A stretch of 64,000 bases of DNA from Polyangiales bacterium (GTDB taxonomy: Bacteria > Myxococcota_A > Polyangia > Polyangiales > JADJQN01). A program made the position numbers and the translations under genes. The stretch spans positions 32,001 to 96,000 of the forward strand of contig CAXNJO010000002.1 of NCBI GenBank assembly GCA_964202905.1, read 5' to 3'. The notes beneath the pieces were generated by a model, which had not been told where the DNA came from, made no database searches, and saw nothing but the letters and a program-made list of their open reading frames with translations. Within the stretch, counting starts at the first letter, position 1. Every line of letters begins with the position of its first letter. This document shows positions 29,392-39,791 of this stretch, piece after piece.

Positions 29392-30688
29392 ATGACGACC
29401 CCGGCCCACCCCGCGAGCGCCCCCTCCCCCCACCTCCGCCGACGACCGCTCGCCGAGCGCCTTCCGCGCCGTGCCGCGCACGGGCGTCATCTACGTGATG
29501 GCCGAGGCCGGCCGCGCGGGCTACCGACCGGACGATCCGAACTGGTCGAACCTCGGGCAGGGCCAGCCGGAGACGGGTCCGCTCCCGGGTGCGCCCCCGC
29601 GCGTGTCGGACGTGCACTTCGAGAACTTCGACCTCGAATACGCGCCCGTCGCGGGGCTCTGGGAGGTCCGCGAGGCGGTCGCGGGCATGTACAACGAGCT
29701 CTTCCGACGCGGGATGCCGTCGCAGTACTCCGCCGAGAACGTCGCGATTTCGGGCGGCGGGCGCGTCTCGATCATGCGCGCGTGCGCGGCCATCGGGCAG
29801 ATCAACCTCGGGCATTTCCTGCCCGACTACACCGCGTACGCCGAGGTGCTCGACATCTTCCGGCGCTTCACGCCGATCCCCATCCTCGTCGACCCGGAGC
29901 ACGGCTACGACTTCTCGCTCGCCGAGCTGCGCCGCGAAATCCTCGGCCGCGGCCTCGGCGCGATGCTCATGTCGAACCCGTGCAACCCCACGGGCAAGGC
30001 CATCGTCGGCGCGGAGCTCGCCTCGTGGGTCGCGACCGCGCGCGAGCTCGACTGCACGATGCTGATGGACGAGTTCTACGCGCACTACCTCTGGCGCGGG
30101 GACTCGCCGCTCTTCAGCGCGGCGCAGTACGTCGAGGACGTCGAGAAGGACCCGATCGTGCTCTTCGACGGGCTCACGAAGAACTGGCGCTACCCGGGCT
30201 GGCGCGTGACGTGGACGGTCGGGCCGAGCCGCGTCATCGAGGCCGTGTCGAGCGCGGGCTCCTTCCTCGATGGCGGCGGTTCGCGACCCATGCAGCTCGC
30301 CGCGCGCGAGGTGCTCACCGCCGACCACGCGCGCGCCGAGGCGGCCGCCATCCGCACGGCCTTCCGCCGCAAGCGGGACAAGATGGTCGACGGCCTCCGC
30401 GCGCTCGGCGTGCGCTTCGAGCGCGAGCCCGACGCGACCTTCTACGCCTGGGGCAACCTCTCGGGCCTGCCCGAGGGCCTGCGCACGGGCGAGCAGTTCT
30501 TCCGCCGCGCCCTCGAGCACCAGGTCATCGTGGTGCCGGGCCAGTTCTTCGACGTCGATCCCGGGTCGCGCCGCCTCGGGCGGGCCTCGCGCTTCGCCAA
30601 CCACGTGCGCTTCTCCTTCGGGCCGAGCGAGGCGTCGATCGACGCGGCGCTCGCGCGCTTCCGCACGATGGTCGACGAGGCGCGCTGA
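29392..30688 (+). CDS. Class I/II PLP-dependent aminotransferase (probable frameshift in C-run ~29421-29432; clean ORF from GTG 29471)
   Basis: Motifs NLGQGQP, SNPCNPTG, DEFY, GLTKNWRYPGWR and VRFSF. Confidence 0.88.
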
Positions 30689-30776
30689 CCATCCTTATCT
30701 CAACACAAATCGGATACATAGGAGACAAACGCGTCGCTTTCTTGGGCGGGGAGATCGTGTGGCTTAGTGTCGGCTC

Positions 30777-31652
30777 ATGCCTACATCAGCGCACGCCCTC
30801 GCACTCGACACCGCGGCGCAGTTTTCCCTCCCCGCGGCGACGCCGATCCTCAAGTGGGTCGGCGGCAAGGGGCGCCTGCTCGCGCAGCTCGCGCCGCTGC
30901 TCCCGCCCGCGGTCGACGAGCGTCGGCACGTCGAGCCCTTCATGGGCGGCGCGGCGCTCTTCTTCGCGCGGCGGCCTGGGCGCGCGCTGCTCTGCGACGT
31001 GAACCCGGAGCTCGTCGGCGTGTACAAGGCCGTGCGCGACGACGTCGAGGGGCTCATCCGCGCGCTCTCCCGCCTCGCCGCGGACGGGCACGACGGCGCG
31101 GCGTATTACGGCGTGCGCACCCGCTACAACGCCGAGCGCCACGCGCCGCAGACGCAGCGCGCCGCGATGTTCGTCTACCTGAACAAGACCTGCTTCAACG
31201 GGCTGCACCGCGTGAACCGCCGCGGGGAGTTCAACGTGCCGGCGGGCAAGTACAAGAACCCGCGCATCCTCAACGCGGAGAACCTCCGCGCCGCGAGCGC
31301 CGCCCTCGCGGGCGCCGACCTGCGCTGCGCGAGCTTCGAGGAGCTGCTCGGCAGCGCGCGGCCCGGCGACTTCGTCTACCTCGACCCCCCCTACGTGCCG
31401 CTCACCGCGACGGCGAGCTTCACGGCCTATGCGCAGGACGGCTTCGGCATGGCCGAGCAGGAGCGCCTCCGTGACGTGTACCGCGAGCTCGATCGCCGTG
31501 GCTGCAAGCTCATGCTCTCGAACAGCGACACGCCCGCCGTGCGCGCGCTCTACCGCGAGTGGCGCATCGACGGGGTGATGGCGCCGCGTGCCGTCAGCTG
31601 CGACGGCGCGGGCCGACAGGCCGTCGCCGAGGTCGTCGTCCGCAACTACTGA
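30777..31652 (+). CDS. dam: Dam-family (D12 class) DNA adenine methyltransferase, orphan
   Basis: Motifs LKWVGGK, EPFMGG, FNGLHRVN and YLDPPY. Confidence 0.88.
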   Translation: MPTSAHALALDTAAQFSLPAATPILKWVGGKGRLLAQLAPLLPPAVDERRHVEPFMGGAALFFARRPGRALLCDVNPELVGVYKAVRDDVEGLIRALSRLAADGHDGAAYYGVRTRYNAERHAPQTQRAAMFVYLNKTCFNGLHRVNRRGEFNVPAGKYKNPRILNAENLRAASAALAGADLRCASFEELLGSARPGDFVYLDPPYVPLTATASFTAYAQDGFGMAEQERLRDVYRELDRRGCKLMLSNSDTPAVRALYREWRIDGVMAPRAVSCDGAGRQAVAEVVVRNY

Positions 31653-31674
31653 CGGCGACGGGCGCGCCGCGGCC

Positions 31675-32493
31675 TCACGCGCGCCCGCCTTCCATCCGCT
31701 CGCGCGACACGCCCGAGGCCTCGAGGAACTCGCGCACGCGTGGGCTCGGGCTCGCGAGGAACTCCTGCGGCGAGCCGCTCGCCTCGATCACGCCCTTGTA
31801 GAGGTACGTGATGTGGTGGCCGATGCGGAAGACGCTCGCCATGTCGTGGCTGATCACGATCGACGTCACGCCGTAGGTCTCGCGCGTCTGCTCGATGAGG
31901 TCGTCGACGGTGCGCGAGGTGATCGGATCGAGGCCCGTCGTCGGCTCGTCGTAGATCAGGATCTCGGGCTCGAGCGCGAGGGCACGCGCGACGGCGACGC
32001 GCTTCTTCATGCCGCCCGAGAGCTCCGCGGGAAGTTTGTGCGCCGCGTGCTCGACGCCGAGCGCTTGCAGGCGCGCCATGACCTTCTCGCGGATGTCGCG
32101 CTCGCGCAGCGTCGTGTGCTCGCGCAGCAGGAACGCGACGTTGTCGTAGACGTCCATCGAGTCGAAGAGCGCCGACATCTGGAAGACCATCCCGAACTTG
32201 CGGCGCACCGGGACGAGCTCGACGTCGGACAGGCGGCTGATCTCGCGGCCGTCGACGATGATCTCCCCCGCGTCGGGCCGCTCGAGCCGGATGAGCTGGC
32301 GGACCATGACCGTCTTGCCGGAGCCCGAGGCGCCGATGAGGATGTTGTTGAGGCCGCGGAGGACGTCGAAGCTCACGCCGCGGAGGACCTCGTGCTCGCC
32401 GTAGCGCTTGCGCAGGCCGCGCACGCGCAGGTGCACCGGGTCACGCGCCGCGTCGGCCGCGCCATCGGGCGCGCCGCGTGCCGCGGCCGTCAC
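31675..32493 (-). CDS. mlaF: ABC transporter ATP-binding protein, MlaF/Mkl type
   Basis: Motifs GASGSGKT, LSGGMKKRVA, YDEPTTGLDP and SHD, downstream of mlaE. Confidence 0.9.
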   Translation of the reverse strand: MTAAARGAPDGAADAARDPVHLRVRGLRKRYGEHEVLRGVSFDVLRGLNNILIGASGSGKTVMVRQLIRLERPDAGEIIVDGREISRLSDVELVPVRRKFGMVFQMSALFDSMDVYDNVAFLLREHTTLRERDIREKVMARLQALGVEHAAHKLPAELSGGMKKRVAVARALALEPEILIYDEPTTGLDPITSRTVDDLIEQTRETYGVTSIVISHDMASVFRIGHHITYLYKGVIEASGSPQEFLASPSPRVREFLEASGVSRERMEGGRA

Positions 32494-33353
32494 AGCCCGC
32501 CCTGCCCGGTGATGACCGACGTGATCACGTAGTCGAGGACGAGGATCGACACCGCGCTCTGCACGACCGCGCGCGTCGTCGCCTGCCCGACACCGGCCGC
32601 GCCTCCCTGCGCGTAGAAGCCGTGCCGACACGCGATGAGCGTGACGGTGAAGCCGAAGAACACGGCCTTCACGAGGCCCTGCGTGACGTCGCGCGCGTCG
32701 ACGTACCACTTCACGTTCTCGGCGAAGACCCCCGGGTCGAGGCCGAGGATCTGCACGCAGACGAGCCACGCGCCGAAGATGCCGATCAGGTTGAAGACCA
32801 TCGTCAGCAGGGGGACCATCAAGGCCCCCGCGATGATCCGCGGCACGACGAGGAACTGCACGGGGTTCACGGCCATCGTCGTGAGCGCGTCGATCTGATC
32901 GGTGACGCGCATCGAGCCGAGTTCGGTGCTCATCGCGCTGCCCGCGCGCGCCGAGACCATGAGCGACGCGAACACCGGCGCGAGCTCCCGCGTGAGCGCC
33001 ATGCCGACGACGGATCCGGCCTGATTCTCCGCGCCGAACTGCCGGAATCCGTCGACGAGCTGGATGCCGAAGACCATCCCGATGAAGAGCCCCGTGAGCC
33101 CGACGATGAACAGCGACTGCACGCCGACGAACTCGAGCGCCGCGAGCAGCAGCCCGACGCGGTAGGGCGGTCGCAGCCCCCAGAAGATCGCCTGGCCGAG
33201 GAGGCCCGCGAGCATGCCGATCTCCCCGAAAAAACGCAGTGGAAGCGCGACCGCGGTGCGCCCGAGGGCGACGAGCCAGCGGGGGAGCGCGCGCCGTGGC
33301 TGCGCGACGGGGGGCGGCGACGTCGGCTGCGCTGGCTGGCTCGCCTCGGACAC
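32490..33353 (-). CDS. mlaE: MlaE-family ABC permease
   Basis: Motifs RELAPV, ELGSMRVTDQIDAL, VVPR and GVGQATTRAVV. Confidence 0.92.
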   Translation of the reverse strand: MSEASQPAQPTSPPPVAQPRRALPRWLVALGRTAVALPLRFFGEIGMLAGLLGQAIFWGLRPPYRVGLLLAALEFVGVQSLFIVGLTGLFIGMVFGIQLVDGFRQFGAENQAGSVVGMALTRELAPVFASLMVSARAGSAMSTELGSMRVTDQIDALTTMAVNPVQFLVVPRIIAGALMVPLLTMVFNLIGIFGAWLVCVQILGLDPGVFAENVKWYVDARDVTQGLVKAVFFGFTVTLIACRHGFYAQGGAAGVGQATTRAVVQSAVSILVLDYVITSVITGQGGL

Positions 33354-33401
33354 CCGCGCGGTGTACCACGCCGCCAGAGCCCGGCGCGGCGCGCGGCGGG
33401 G

Positions 33402-34565
33402 TCAGCGGTAGAAGCGGGGCACGCGGCGCGAGACGTTGGTGAGGACCTCGTACGGGATCGTGCCCGCGTCGCGCGCGATGTCCTCGGCGCCGATCACCGC
33501 CTCGCCTTGCGTGCCGAGCAGGACGACCTCGTCGCCGACGGAGACGCCGGCGATGTCCGTGACGTCGAGCGTCGTGAGGTCCATCGACACGTTGCCGACG
33601 ATGGGCACGCGCGCGCCGTGCACGAGCATCGCGCCGCGGTTCGAGACCGCGCGCAGGAGGCCGTCACCGTAGCCGACCGGCACCGTGGCGATGCGGGTCG
33701 GGCGCGGCGCGCGGAACGTGCCGCCGTAGCCGACCGGCGCGCCCACCGGCAGCTCGCGCAGCGCGATGATCTCCGTGCGCAGGCGCATCGCGGGGCGGAG
33801 CGCGGGGCCCTCGTCACGGCCGCGCGCGGGCCAGGCGCGCACGCCGAAGAGCGCGATCCCCGGGCGCACCATGTCGAAGCGCGCCGCCTCGTGGCGGAAG
33901 AGCCCGGCGCTGTTCGCCGCGTGCACGATGCGCGGCGCGTGGCCCCGGGCGGCGAGCGCGGCGCGGGCGTCCGCGAAGAGACGCAGCTGCTGGCGCGTGA
34001 AGTCGTCGTCCGCGTCCGCCGAGGCGAAGTGCGTGAGCAGGCCGTCGATGCGCGCGCCGGGCACCGCCGCGAGCCCGTCGAGGAAGGCGGCGAGCGCGTC
34101 GACCGGCACGCCGAGCCGCGCGATGCCCGTGTCGAGCTCGAGGTGAAAGCCGAACGCCGCGCCCCCCGCAGCGCGCGCGAAGGCGTGCACGGTGTCGAGA
34201 TCGCAGACGACGGGCGTGAGCCCCGCCTCGAGCACCTCGCGGTGCGCGCCCGCGTACACGCCGTTCAAGACGAGGATCGGCGCGTCGATCCCGGCCTCGC
34301 GCAGCTCGAGGCCCTCCTCGGCGAGCGCGACGCCGAAGGCCGCGACCCCCTCCGCCGCGAGGCGCGCGACCACCGGGACGACGCCATGCCCGTATGCGTC
34401 GGCCTTGACGACGGCGAGCACGCGCGCGCCGCCCGCCTCCGCGCGCACGACGCTGAGGTTGTGCACGAGGGCGTCGAGGTCGATCTCCGCGCGCGTGGGG
34501 CGAAGCGACTCCTGCGCCGTCGTGACGCGCGGTCGCAGCGTGAGGGTGCGCTCGGGGGGCTGCAT
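33402..34565 (-). CDS. alr: Alanine racemase
   Basis: Motifs AVVKADAYGHG, THFASAD, RPGI, GYGDG and VSMD. Confidence 0.95.
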   Translation of the reverse strand: MQPPERTLTLRPRVTTAQESLRPTRAEIDLDALVHNLSVVRAEAGGARVLAVVKADAYGHGVVPVVARLAAEGVAAFGVALAEEGLELREAGIDAPILVLNGVYAGAHREVLEAGLTPVVCDLDTVHAFARAAGGAAFGFHLELDTGIARLGVPVDALAAFLDGLAAVPGARIDGLLTHFASADADDDFTRQQLRLFADARAALAARGHAPRIVHAANSAGLFRHEAARFDMVRPGIALFGVRAWPARGRDEGPALRPAMRLRTEIIALRELPVGAPVGYGGTFRAPRPTRIATVPVGYGDGLLRAVSNRGAMLVHGARVPIVGNVSMDLTTLDVTDIAGVSVGDEVVLLGTQGEAVIGAEDIARDAGTIPYEVLTNVSRRVPRFYR

Positions 34566-34674
34566 CGCGGACCGTGAGGGCGAGGGGTAACGGCGTGCCG
34601 GCGGGGCGTCAAGGAGCGCGGGGGCGCGGTTCGCGCGCGGCCCCGCGACGGCGCGCGGCTACACTCGGCCGCGC

Positions 34675-35814
34675 ATGCGCGAGGCGACCCATCGCTACGA
34701 GGATCCGCTCGACCGCGTCTGGACGACGTGCGCGGCACGCGTCGGGCTGCGACTCGCGCGCGCGTTTAGCGTCAACGCCGCGACCGACGGCCGCGGCGCG
34801 CTCGTGCTCGCGACGGACGAGGGGCTCGACCCCGACGACTGCCTCGCGCAGATGGTCTTCCACGAGTTGTGCCACTCGCTCGTGCAGGGCGCGGCGAGCT
34901 TCGACGTGCCCGACTGGGGGCTCGACAACCTCACCGACGTCGACGCGCTCCGCGAGCACGCGTGCCTGCGCCTGCAGGCTACGCTCGCCGGGCCGCACGG
35001 GTTGCGCGCCTTCTTCGCGCCGACCACCGAGTACCGCGCGTTCTACGACGCGCTGCCCGAGGACGCGCTGCCGGACGTCGCCCTGCCCGGCGAGGCGCGC
35101 GCGGGCGAGGCGGTCGAGGTGCTGCTCGCAAGGCGCGGCGCGGCGCGGGCCGGACGCGCTCCCTGGGGACCGCACCTCGAAGAGGCCCTCGCAGCGACGT
35201 CCGCCGTGCTCGCGGCGACCGCGGGACACGCCGAGGGGCCGCCCGTCCCCGACGCGCGCGCGCTGCGTGAAGGCGCGAGCCGCCCGGGGGCCGCGCTGCC
35301 GAGCCTGCACGGCCGCGTCGCACCGCGACCGCCGCGGCATCCACGCACCCGACTCCCGCTCGCCGTGGGCGCACGCGCCGCGGAGACCTGCGGCACCTGC
35401 GCCTGGCGCGTGCCGAGCGGCGTCTGCCGACAATCCGAGCGACGACAGCGGACGCTCCCCGAGCTCCCCGCCTGCGAGCGCTGGGAGCCGGCCCTCGATT
35501 GCCTCCGCTGCGGCGCGTGCTGCCGCGAAGCGTTCGGCGCGGTGACCGTGCGCGCGGTCGAGCTCGTGCGCGGCCCGCACGCCGCGCTCGTGCGCGAAGA
35601 GTCCGACGGATTCCGCACGATGCGGCGCATGCCGGAGCGCAGCGCGATCGGCGAGCCCGACGACACCCGCTGCGTCGCGCTCGCGGGCGACGGCAGCGCC
35701 GCGCAGCCGTTTTCCTGCGCGATCTACGCCGATCGGCCGCGCACCTGCGACGCGTTCACGCTCGGCAGCGCGCACTGCCTCGTCGCGCGGCGCCGCGTCG
35801 GGCTCTCGCGCTGA
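34675..35814 (+). CDS. HExxH (EpmC/YfcM-like) domain fused to YkgJ-type cysteine clusters
   Basis: [11 protein letters not shown]...PDWG, CGTC, and CLRCGACC...CVAL...[11 protein letters not shown]. Confidence 0.7.
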   Translation: MREATHRYEDPLDRVWTTCAARVGLRLARAFSVNAATDGRGALVLATDEGLDPDDCLAQMVFHELCHSLVQGAASFDVPDWGLDNLTDVDALREHACLRLQATLAGPHGLRAFFAPTTEYRAFYDALPEDALPDVALPGEARAGEAVEVLLARRGAARAGRAPWGPHLEEALAATSAVLAATAGHAEGPPVPDARALREGASRPGAALPSLHGRVAPRPPRHPRTRLPLAVGARAAETCGTCAWRVPSGVCRQSERRQRTLPELPACERWEPALDCLRCGACCREAFGAVTVRAVELVRGPHAALVREESDGFRTMRRMPERSAIGEPDDTRCVALAGDGSAAQPFSCAIYADRPRTCDAFTLGSAHCLVARRRVGLSR

Positions 35815-35867
35815 CCGCGCCCGCGGGGCACACCCGGTGCGCGGAGGCGCGTGCTAGCTTCGCCGTC

Positions 35868-36068
35868 ATGCGAATCCAGGTGAACGGCGAGCCGCGCGAA
35901 GTCGCCGAGGAGACGAGCATCCGCGCCCTCATCGAGGCGCTCGGCCTCGGCGCCGTGCCCGTCGCCGTCGAGCGCAACCACGACCTCGTCCCGCGCGCGC
36001 TCCACGAGGCCACGGCGCTCCGCGACGGCGACCAGCTCGAGGTCGTCCACTTCGTCGGAGGCGGCTGA
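35868..36068 (+). CDS. thiS: Sulfur carrier protein ThiS
   Basis: MRIQVNGE...VAVERN...EVVHFVGGG with C-terminal GG. Confidence 0.95.
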   Translation: MRIQVNGEPREVAEETSIRALIEALGLGAVPVAVERNHDLVPRALHEATALRDGDQLEVVHFVGGG

Positions 36069-36880
36069 TGTCCGAGGCCACCCCGGAGCTCCCAAGCGCC
36101 GACCTCCTGCACATCGGCGCGCACACGTTCCGCTCGCGGCTCTTCGTCGGGACGGGGAAATACAAGGATTTCGCCGAGACGTCCGCTGCGCTGCTCGCCT
36201 CCGGCGCGGAGGTCGTGACGGTCGCGGTGCGGCGGGTCGATCTGAGCGCGCGCGGCGAAGGCTCGCTGCTCGGCTTCCTGCGGGAGCGGCGCTTCACGCT
36301 CCTGCCCAACACGGCGGGCTGCTACACGGCCGAGGACGCCGTGCGCACCTGCCGCCTCGCGCGCGAGATCCTCGGCGAATCCCTCGTGAAACTCGAGGTG
36401 CTCGGCGATCCGAAGACGCTCTTCCCCGACGTCGTGCAGACGCTCGAGGCCGCGAAGATCCTCGTGAAAGAGGGCTTCACGGTGCTCCCCTACACGAGCG
36501 ACGACCCCATCACGGCCAGGAAGCTCGAGGACGTCGGCTGCGCCGCGGTCATGCCGCTCGCGGCACCGATCGGCAGCGGGCTCGGGGTGCGCAACCCCTA
36601 CAACCTCGCGATCATCCTCGACACCGTGAAGGTGCCGGTCATCGTCGACGCCGGCGTCGGCACCGCCTCGGACGCCGCCATCGCGATGGAGCTCGGCTGT
36701 CACGGCGTTTTGATGAACACGGCGATCGCGGGCGCGCGGCTCCCCCTGACGATGGCGAGCGCGATGCGCAAGGGCGTCGAGGCGGGCCGCGAGGCCTACC
36801 TCGCGGGGCGGATCGAGCGGCGGCTCTACGCCACCGCGTCGAGCCCGCTCGCCGGCGTGCTCGGCAGCAAGCACGCGTGA
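36068..36880 (+). CDS. thiG: Thiazole synthase
   Basis: Motifs [26 protein letters not shown] and DAGVG. Confidence 0.96.
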   Translation: MSEATPELPSADLLHIGAHTFRSRLFVGTGKYKDFAETSAALLASGAEVVTVAVRRVDLSARGEGSLLGFLRERRFTLLPNTAGCYTAEDAVRTCRLAREILGESLVKLEVLGDPKTLFPDVVQTLEAAKILVKEGFTVLPYTSDDPITARKLEDVGCAAVMPLAAPIGSGLGVRNPYNLAIILDTVKVPVIVDAGVGTASDAAIAMELGCHGVLMNTAIAGARLPLTMASAMRKGVEAGREAYLAGRIERRLYATASSPLAGVLGSKHA

Positions 36881-37554
36881 CGGTGTCGCGCCCGGGCGCC
36901 ACGCCGACGCTGCCCTTCGACCTCTACCTGATCACGGATCCGTCGCTCGGCGCCGATCTGGTCGGCGCGACGGAGGCGGCCCTCGCCGCCGCCCCGCGTG
37001 GACGCGTCGCCGTGCAGCTCCGCGCGAAGCCGAGCGCGGGCTTCCGCGGCACCACGCTGGAGCTCGTCGCGCTCGCGCGCGGGCTGCGCGCCACGACCCG
37101 GGCGCACGGGGCGCTCTTCGTCGTGAACGAGCGCGCCGACGTCGCGCGCGTCGTCGAGGCCGACGGCGTGCACCTCCCCGAGGAGACGCTCACGCCCGCG
37201 GAGGCGCGGCGCGTGCTCGGCGACGACGCGCTCGTCGGCGTCTCGTGCCATGACGCGCGCGGGCTCGCGCTGGCCGCGTCGCAGGGCGCGACGTTTGCGA
37301 CCTTGAGCCCGTTCAGCGCCTCCCCCGGCAAGGGCACCCCGATCGCGCTGGCGCGCTTCGCCGACCTCGTCGCCGGTGCGTCGCTCCCGGTGCTCGCGCT
37401 CGGAGGCGTCGGCCCCGCCGAGGTGGAGCGTGCGGTCGGGGCCGGGGCCGCGGGCGTGGCGGTGATCCGCGCGATCTACGCGGCGTCCGATCCGGGCGCC
37501 GCCGCCGCGGAGCTGGTGGCGGCGCTTGACACCGCGCGCGCCGGGGCGCGATAG
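36877..37554 (+). CDS. thiE: Thiamine-phosphate synthase
   Basis: Motifs LYLITD, QLRAK, VNER, GVHL, GVSCH and ALGG. Confidence 0.88.
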   Translation: MTVSRPGATPTLPFDLYLITDPSLGADLVGATEAALAAAPRGRVAVQLRAKPSAGFRGTTLELVALARGLRATTRAHGALFVVNERADVARVVEADGVHLPEETLTPAEARRVLGDDALVGVSCHDARGLALAASQGATFATLSPFSASPGKGTPIALARFADLVAGASLPVLALGGVGPAEVERAVGAGAAGVAVIRAIYAASDPGAAAAELVAALDTARAGAR

Positions 37555-37565
37555 CTGGCCGCGCG

Positions 37566-38210
37566 ATGAAGAACCTCACGCAAGGCTCGCTGAAGGCGCT
37601 CGGTTGGCTCGCGGCGATCGTCGCGATCGCGCTCGGCGTGCTCCGCGCGGGCTTCGTCGACGTCATCACCGTCGGCCACAACGGCATGGCGCCGACGATC
37701 GTCGCCGGCGACCAGGTCGCGCTCTGGCGCGGCGCGGAGATCGAGACGGGCGACGTCGCGCTCTGCGCACACCCGGGGCAGCAGGGGCGCTACGTGCTCG
37801 CGCGGGTGATGGCGCGCGCAGGACAGCGCCTGAACACCGAGCGCGGGCAACTCTCGATCAACAGCGAGCGCGTCCTGCGCGACGTGCACGGGACGACGCG
37901 CTTCTACGACTCGGTCAACGGCCACACGAGCCGCTACGCCCTCTCGACGGAGCGCTTCGGCAACAACCACCACCCGACGTTCGACAGCGAGCGCTCCCCG
38001 CTCGTGCTGCGCGATCAGCCCGTGCGCGCGGGGCTCTTCATGCTCGGGGACAACCGCTCGTACCGCGGTGAGGACAGCCGCACCTTCGGCGAGGTGGTCG
38101 AGGCGACGTGCAAGGGCGTCGTGTTCCTCCGGCTCGTGCCCGCGGCGCGCCCCGCGGTGGCCGATCCGGGCGACGAACTCGGACACGGATGGCTCGACCT
38201 CATCCGTTGA
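37566..38210 (+). CDS. Signal peptidase I (S26) homologue, catalytic Ser/Lys absent
   Basis: N-terminal TM, MAPTIVAGD, and MLGDNR...DSRTFG box E. VGHNGM replaces xSxSM and VLARV replaces IKRV. Confidence 0.75.
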   Translation: MKNLTQGSLKALGWLAAIVAIALGVLRAGFVDVITVGHNGMAPTIVAGDQVALWRGAEIETGDVALCAHPGQQGRYVLARVMARAGQRLNTERGQLSINSERVLRDVHGTTRFYDSVNGHTSRYALSTERFGNNHHPTFDSERSPLVLRDQPVRAGLFMLGDNRSYRGEDSRTFGEVVEATCKGVVFLRLVPAARPAVADPGDELGHGWLDLIR

Positions 38211-38794
38211 GCGACCGGGCCGCGCGGCGGCCCCGGACGGTGCGGCGGTCCCTGCTCGCGCTCATCGCGCTCCTCGGCGTCGCCGTGCCCGGCCGCGCGC
38301 AGCCGGTCCCCGCGCGCCCTCGCCCCCCGGTGACGGGCGCCGCCGCGCCTGCCCCGCGCACCGCACCCCGGCACGTCGCCGCGCTCGAGGTCACGCTCCG
38401 CGACCTCGCGCTCGATCCGCTCTGCGTCGCGGAGTCCCCGGTCCACGCCCGCTGCGAGGCGCGCGTGACGGCCGCGGGCGGCGAGGACGCGCTCACGCTG
38501 CGCGCGGTCGCGAGCGACGAGACGCACACCGTCTACCTCTACACGCCCGACCTCGCCCGCGCCGCGCCCGACGCGCCCAGCACGCCGGCCCTGCTGCGTC
38601 GGATCGCGGAGCTCAACCACGAGCTGCTCCTCGGCAAGCTCGAATGGGACGCGGGGACCGGCGAGATCCGCCTCTCGATGGTGCTCCCGACGCAGGGCGG
38701 GCTCGACCGCGAGGCGCTCGGCACGATGACGCGCGCGCTCCTCGCCCTCGCGGCCCGCCTCGGGCCCACGCTGCGCGGGTCGGCCACTCCCTGA
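38207..38794 (+). CDS. Secreted YbjN-like (T3SS chaperone fold) protein
   Basis: Signal peptide, then LLRRIAELNHELLLGKLEWDAGTGEIRLS, which resembles YbjN. Start is uncertain (38207 or 38240). Confidence 0.55.
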   Translation: MSDRAARRPRTVRRSLLALIALLGVAVPGRAQPVPARPRPPVTGAAAPAPRTAPRHVAALEVTLRDLALDPLCVAESPVHARCEARVTAAGGEDALTLRAVASDETHTVYLYTPDLARAAPDAPSTPALLRRIAELNHELLLGKLEWDAGTGEIRLSMVLPTQGGLDREALGTMTRALLALAARLGPTLRGSATP

Positions 38795-38930
38795 CACGCA
38801 CGGCAGCAGGCGCTCTCCGTCGAGATGCCACTTCCATCCGCGTCGCGCCATGCCGTATCCTGCGAGCTTGGAGGAGGACGTGGCTGGGGACGGCCCCATG
38901 CTGCGTAGCTCTCGTCCGCCAGGGTACCCC

Positions 38931-39791
38931 ATGCGCAATCTCTCCCGCTTCGCCTTCACGGCGCTCGCCGCCGTCCTCTGCTTCGCCGCCCTCCCCGCCG
39001 AGGCGCAACGCCGTCGGACGCCGCCCCCCGAGCAGCCCGCCGCGGGCACGAACTCCCGCGACGACGAGGCGCGCATGCTCTTCGAGGCCGGGCGCGTCGC
39101 GTACAGCGCCGGGCGCTTCGACGACGCGCTCGGGTATTTCCGGCGCGCCTACGAGATCTCCGGGCGCGCCGTCCTGCTCTACAACGTCGGCTCCGCAGCC
39201 GACAAGCTGCGCCAGGACGCCGTCGCGCTCGACGCCCTTCGCCGCTACCTCGAGGCCGTCCCGACCGCCGAGAACCGCGAAGAGGTCGAGGCCCGCATCC
39301 GCGTGCTCGCAGGCGTGGTCGCCGCCCAGCCGGCCCGAAACACCGCCACGGGTACCACCACGGCCGCCGCAAACACCACGGCCGCCGCGAGCACCACGGC
39401 CGCCGCAAACACCACGGCCGCCGTGAACTCCACGGCCGCCGTGAACTCCACGGCCGCTGCGAACGCCGCCGCCGCCAACGCGGGCGCCGCGGCGAGCACC
39501 ACGGTCTCCAACGCGGGCACCGCGTCGAGCGCCGCGCGCGCACCCGGCGATGAGGCGGCGCGCGAGGCCGCGGTCGCCGCGTCGCTCAACGCACGGGGCG
39601 CCCCTTCGGACGCGCCGCCCGAGGCGAGCAGCGGGGGCCTCGTGTCCAAGTGGTGGTTCTGGACGCTCGTCGGCGCGATGGTCGTCGGCACGACGGTCGG
39701 CGTCGTGGCTGCGACCACCGGGCCCGCGACCCTGGGCCCGCTCCAACCGGGCGATGACGGCCGCGTCTACATGACCCTGGTGACGCCATGA
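38931..39791 (+). CDS. Secreted TPR protein with low-complexity linker and C-terminal TM
   Basis: Signal peptide AEA-Q, TPR helices (ARMLFEAGRVAY..., LLYNVG) and KWWFWTLVG TM segment. Confidence 0.82.
   Translation: MRNLSRFAFTALAAVLCFAALPAEAQRRRTPPPEQPAAGTNSRDDEARMLFEAGRVAYSAGRFDDALGYFRRAYEISGRAVLLYNVGSAADKLRQDAVALDALRRYLEAVPTAENREEVEARIRVLAGVVAAQPARNTATGTTTAAANTTAAASTTAAANTTAAVNSTAAVNSTAAANAAAANAGAAASTTVSNAGTASSAARAPGDEAAREAAVAASLNARGAPSDAPPEASSGGLVSKWWFWTLVGAMVVGTTVGVVAATTGPATLGPLQPGDDGRVYMTLVTP
39341..39465 (+). repeat. 18-bp degenerate coding repeat (NTTAAA/NSTAAV)
   Basis: About 6 aacaccacggccgccgca-like units. Confidence 0.85.

Noticed and set aside
17897..31652. queD plus dam as a 7-deazaguanine (dpd) DNA-modification island
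   Set aside because: No dpdA/tgt, queC, queE or folE is present, and the genes are 12 kb apart among unrelated genes.
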